DNA from: a virus
Lineage: Duplodnaviria; Heunggongvirae; Uroviricota; Caudoviricetes
Length of the DNA: 15,511 nucleotides
Virus record (IMG/VR): IMGVR_UViG_3300025018_003790
Reading direction: 5' to 3' (one strand)
Shown: piece by piece, positions 14,903 through 15,511 of the stretch
Layout: each line of letters starts with the position of its first letter
Position numbering within the stretch: the stretch's first letter is position 1
Notes under the pieces: generated by a model
Seen by the model: the letters and a program-made list of their open reading frames with translations, nothing else
Told to the model about the DNA's origin: nothing
The model's database searches: none
Translations under genes and position numbers: made by a program

Positions 14903-15510
14903 TTTCTTCCTCTTTGCACCACATTCCCTAATTCCCTTATCTCTCGGAACATATTAATTCTTGCCTGTTCTTCAAACTCTTCAAATTCTTTGGTTTTAAA
15001 AATCTTTGTTCTACTATAAAAATCCGTAAGAAAATCAATTCGTTTGATTAAAAATGTATTTTTAGATAAACCTTTTGTTAAACCAAGAACTTCTTGCTGT
15101 AAAAGTTTTTTGTAAATCTCATAATCTTCTTCCGGCGAAGCCAACACCAAACAATCTATATCTAAAAACAAATCTAAAAGATGAGAGTCTCTTTCCGAAG
15201 TGTGATTTGCAGTAGCATAAATAAATTCATGTGCTTTGATTATTATACCATATTCATAAGGAGGAAGATAGAATGCTTTCATTTCTTTTAAAAATAATTC
15301 ACAAGAAGCTGCTTCTGAAAATAGGCCAGAATATTCAACAATAATATCGTGATACCAAATAGCTAAAAATAAACTTGGTAGTTCATTTAGATCTTTTAAA
15401 ACTTTTCCTGATTTGATTAGCTCATTTATTTTTTGAAATATGAAATCTAAATGATGAATATTATGAAAAACTCTTAAATTATTTTGATATCTTAAAAAAA
15501 GATTCTCAAA
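14899..15510 (-). CDS. HD-superfamily metal-dependent phosphohydrolase, COG4339-like (5' end outside window)
   Basis: The frame is open from the window edge into track ORF 14899..15282: RYQNNLRVFHNIHHL...LAIWYHDII...SEAASCEL...ATANH...LFLDIDCLVLAS...ARINMFREI, matching the YH..HL / HD / AT..H / LD.DL.IL / AR.N pattern of this family. Confidence 0.75.
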   Translation of the reverse strand, partial: FENLFLRYQNNLRVFHNIHHLDFIFQKINELIKSGKVLKDLNELPSLFLAIWYHDIIVEYSGLFSEAASCELFLKEMKAFYLPPYEYGIIIKAHEFIYATANHTSERDSHLLDLFLDIDCLVLASPEEDYEIYKKLLQQEVLGLTKGLSKNTFLIKRIDFLTDFYSRTKIFKTKEFEEFEEQARINMFREIRELGNVVQRGRK

Positions 15511-15511
15511 T

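Noticed and set aside
1-15511. Eukaryotic giant-virus origin, suggested by ankyrin and HRxDGPA repeats
   Set aside because: SD motifs, translational coupling, GTG/TTG starts and a sigma70-like promoter point to bacterial-type expression. The host and whether this is phage or chromosome cannot be determined from this window.
1-15511. tRNA, rRNA, transposase or integrase genes
   Set aside because: No cloverleaf, rRNA-like stretch or DDE/tyrosine/serine recombinase motif was recognised.

Overview
This window looks like an accessory region of a bacterial-type genome, most plausibly a large phage: it has Shine-Dalgarno motifs, ATGA/TGATG gene overlaps, a sigma70-like promoter, many small orphan genes and the standard code. 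Positions 1-9743 hold 11 complete and 1 partial paralogous minus-strand genes in three blocks. Each gene is a fixed ~25-aa N-cap, 2-12 copies of a 23-aa (69-bp) unit (consensus LHRLDGPAxExADGSKxWxQNGQ, MORN-variant-like beta-hairpin), and a C-cap that usually ends KEKPLSFFDSLIL; the complete genes carry 60 units in total. Two blocks sit divergently from a near-identical 205-bp segment containing two overlapping 11-bp palindromes. Copy 1 precedes a PcfJ-like plus ankyrin-like gene interrupted by one in-frame TAA (841-3216). Copy 2 precedes a diverged, internally deleted remnant of the same gene (7068-7382). The window also has a GC-rich iteron/hairpin element (7392-7550), a perfect 17-bp GC hairpin (10599-10636), five small membrane-protein genes, an AT-rich operon of hypotheticals, and a partial COG4339-like HD phosphohydrolase at the right edge. 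Family assignments come from motif recognition by eye, not database searches.
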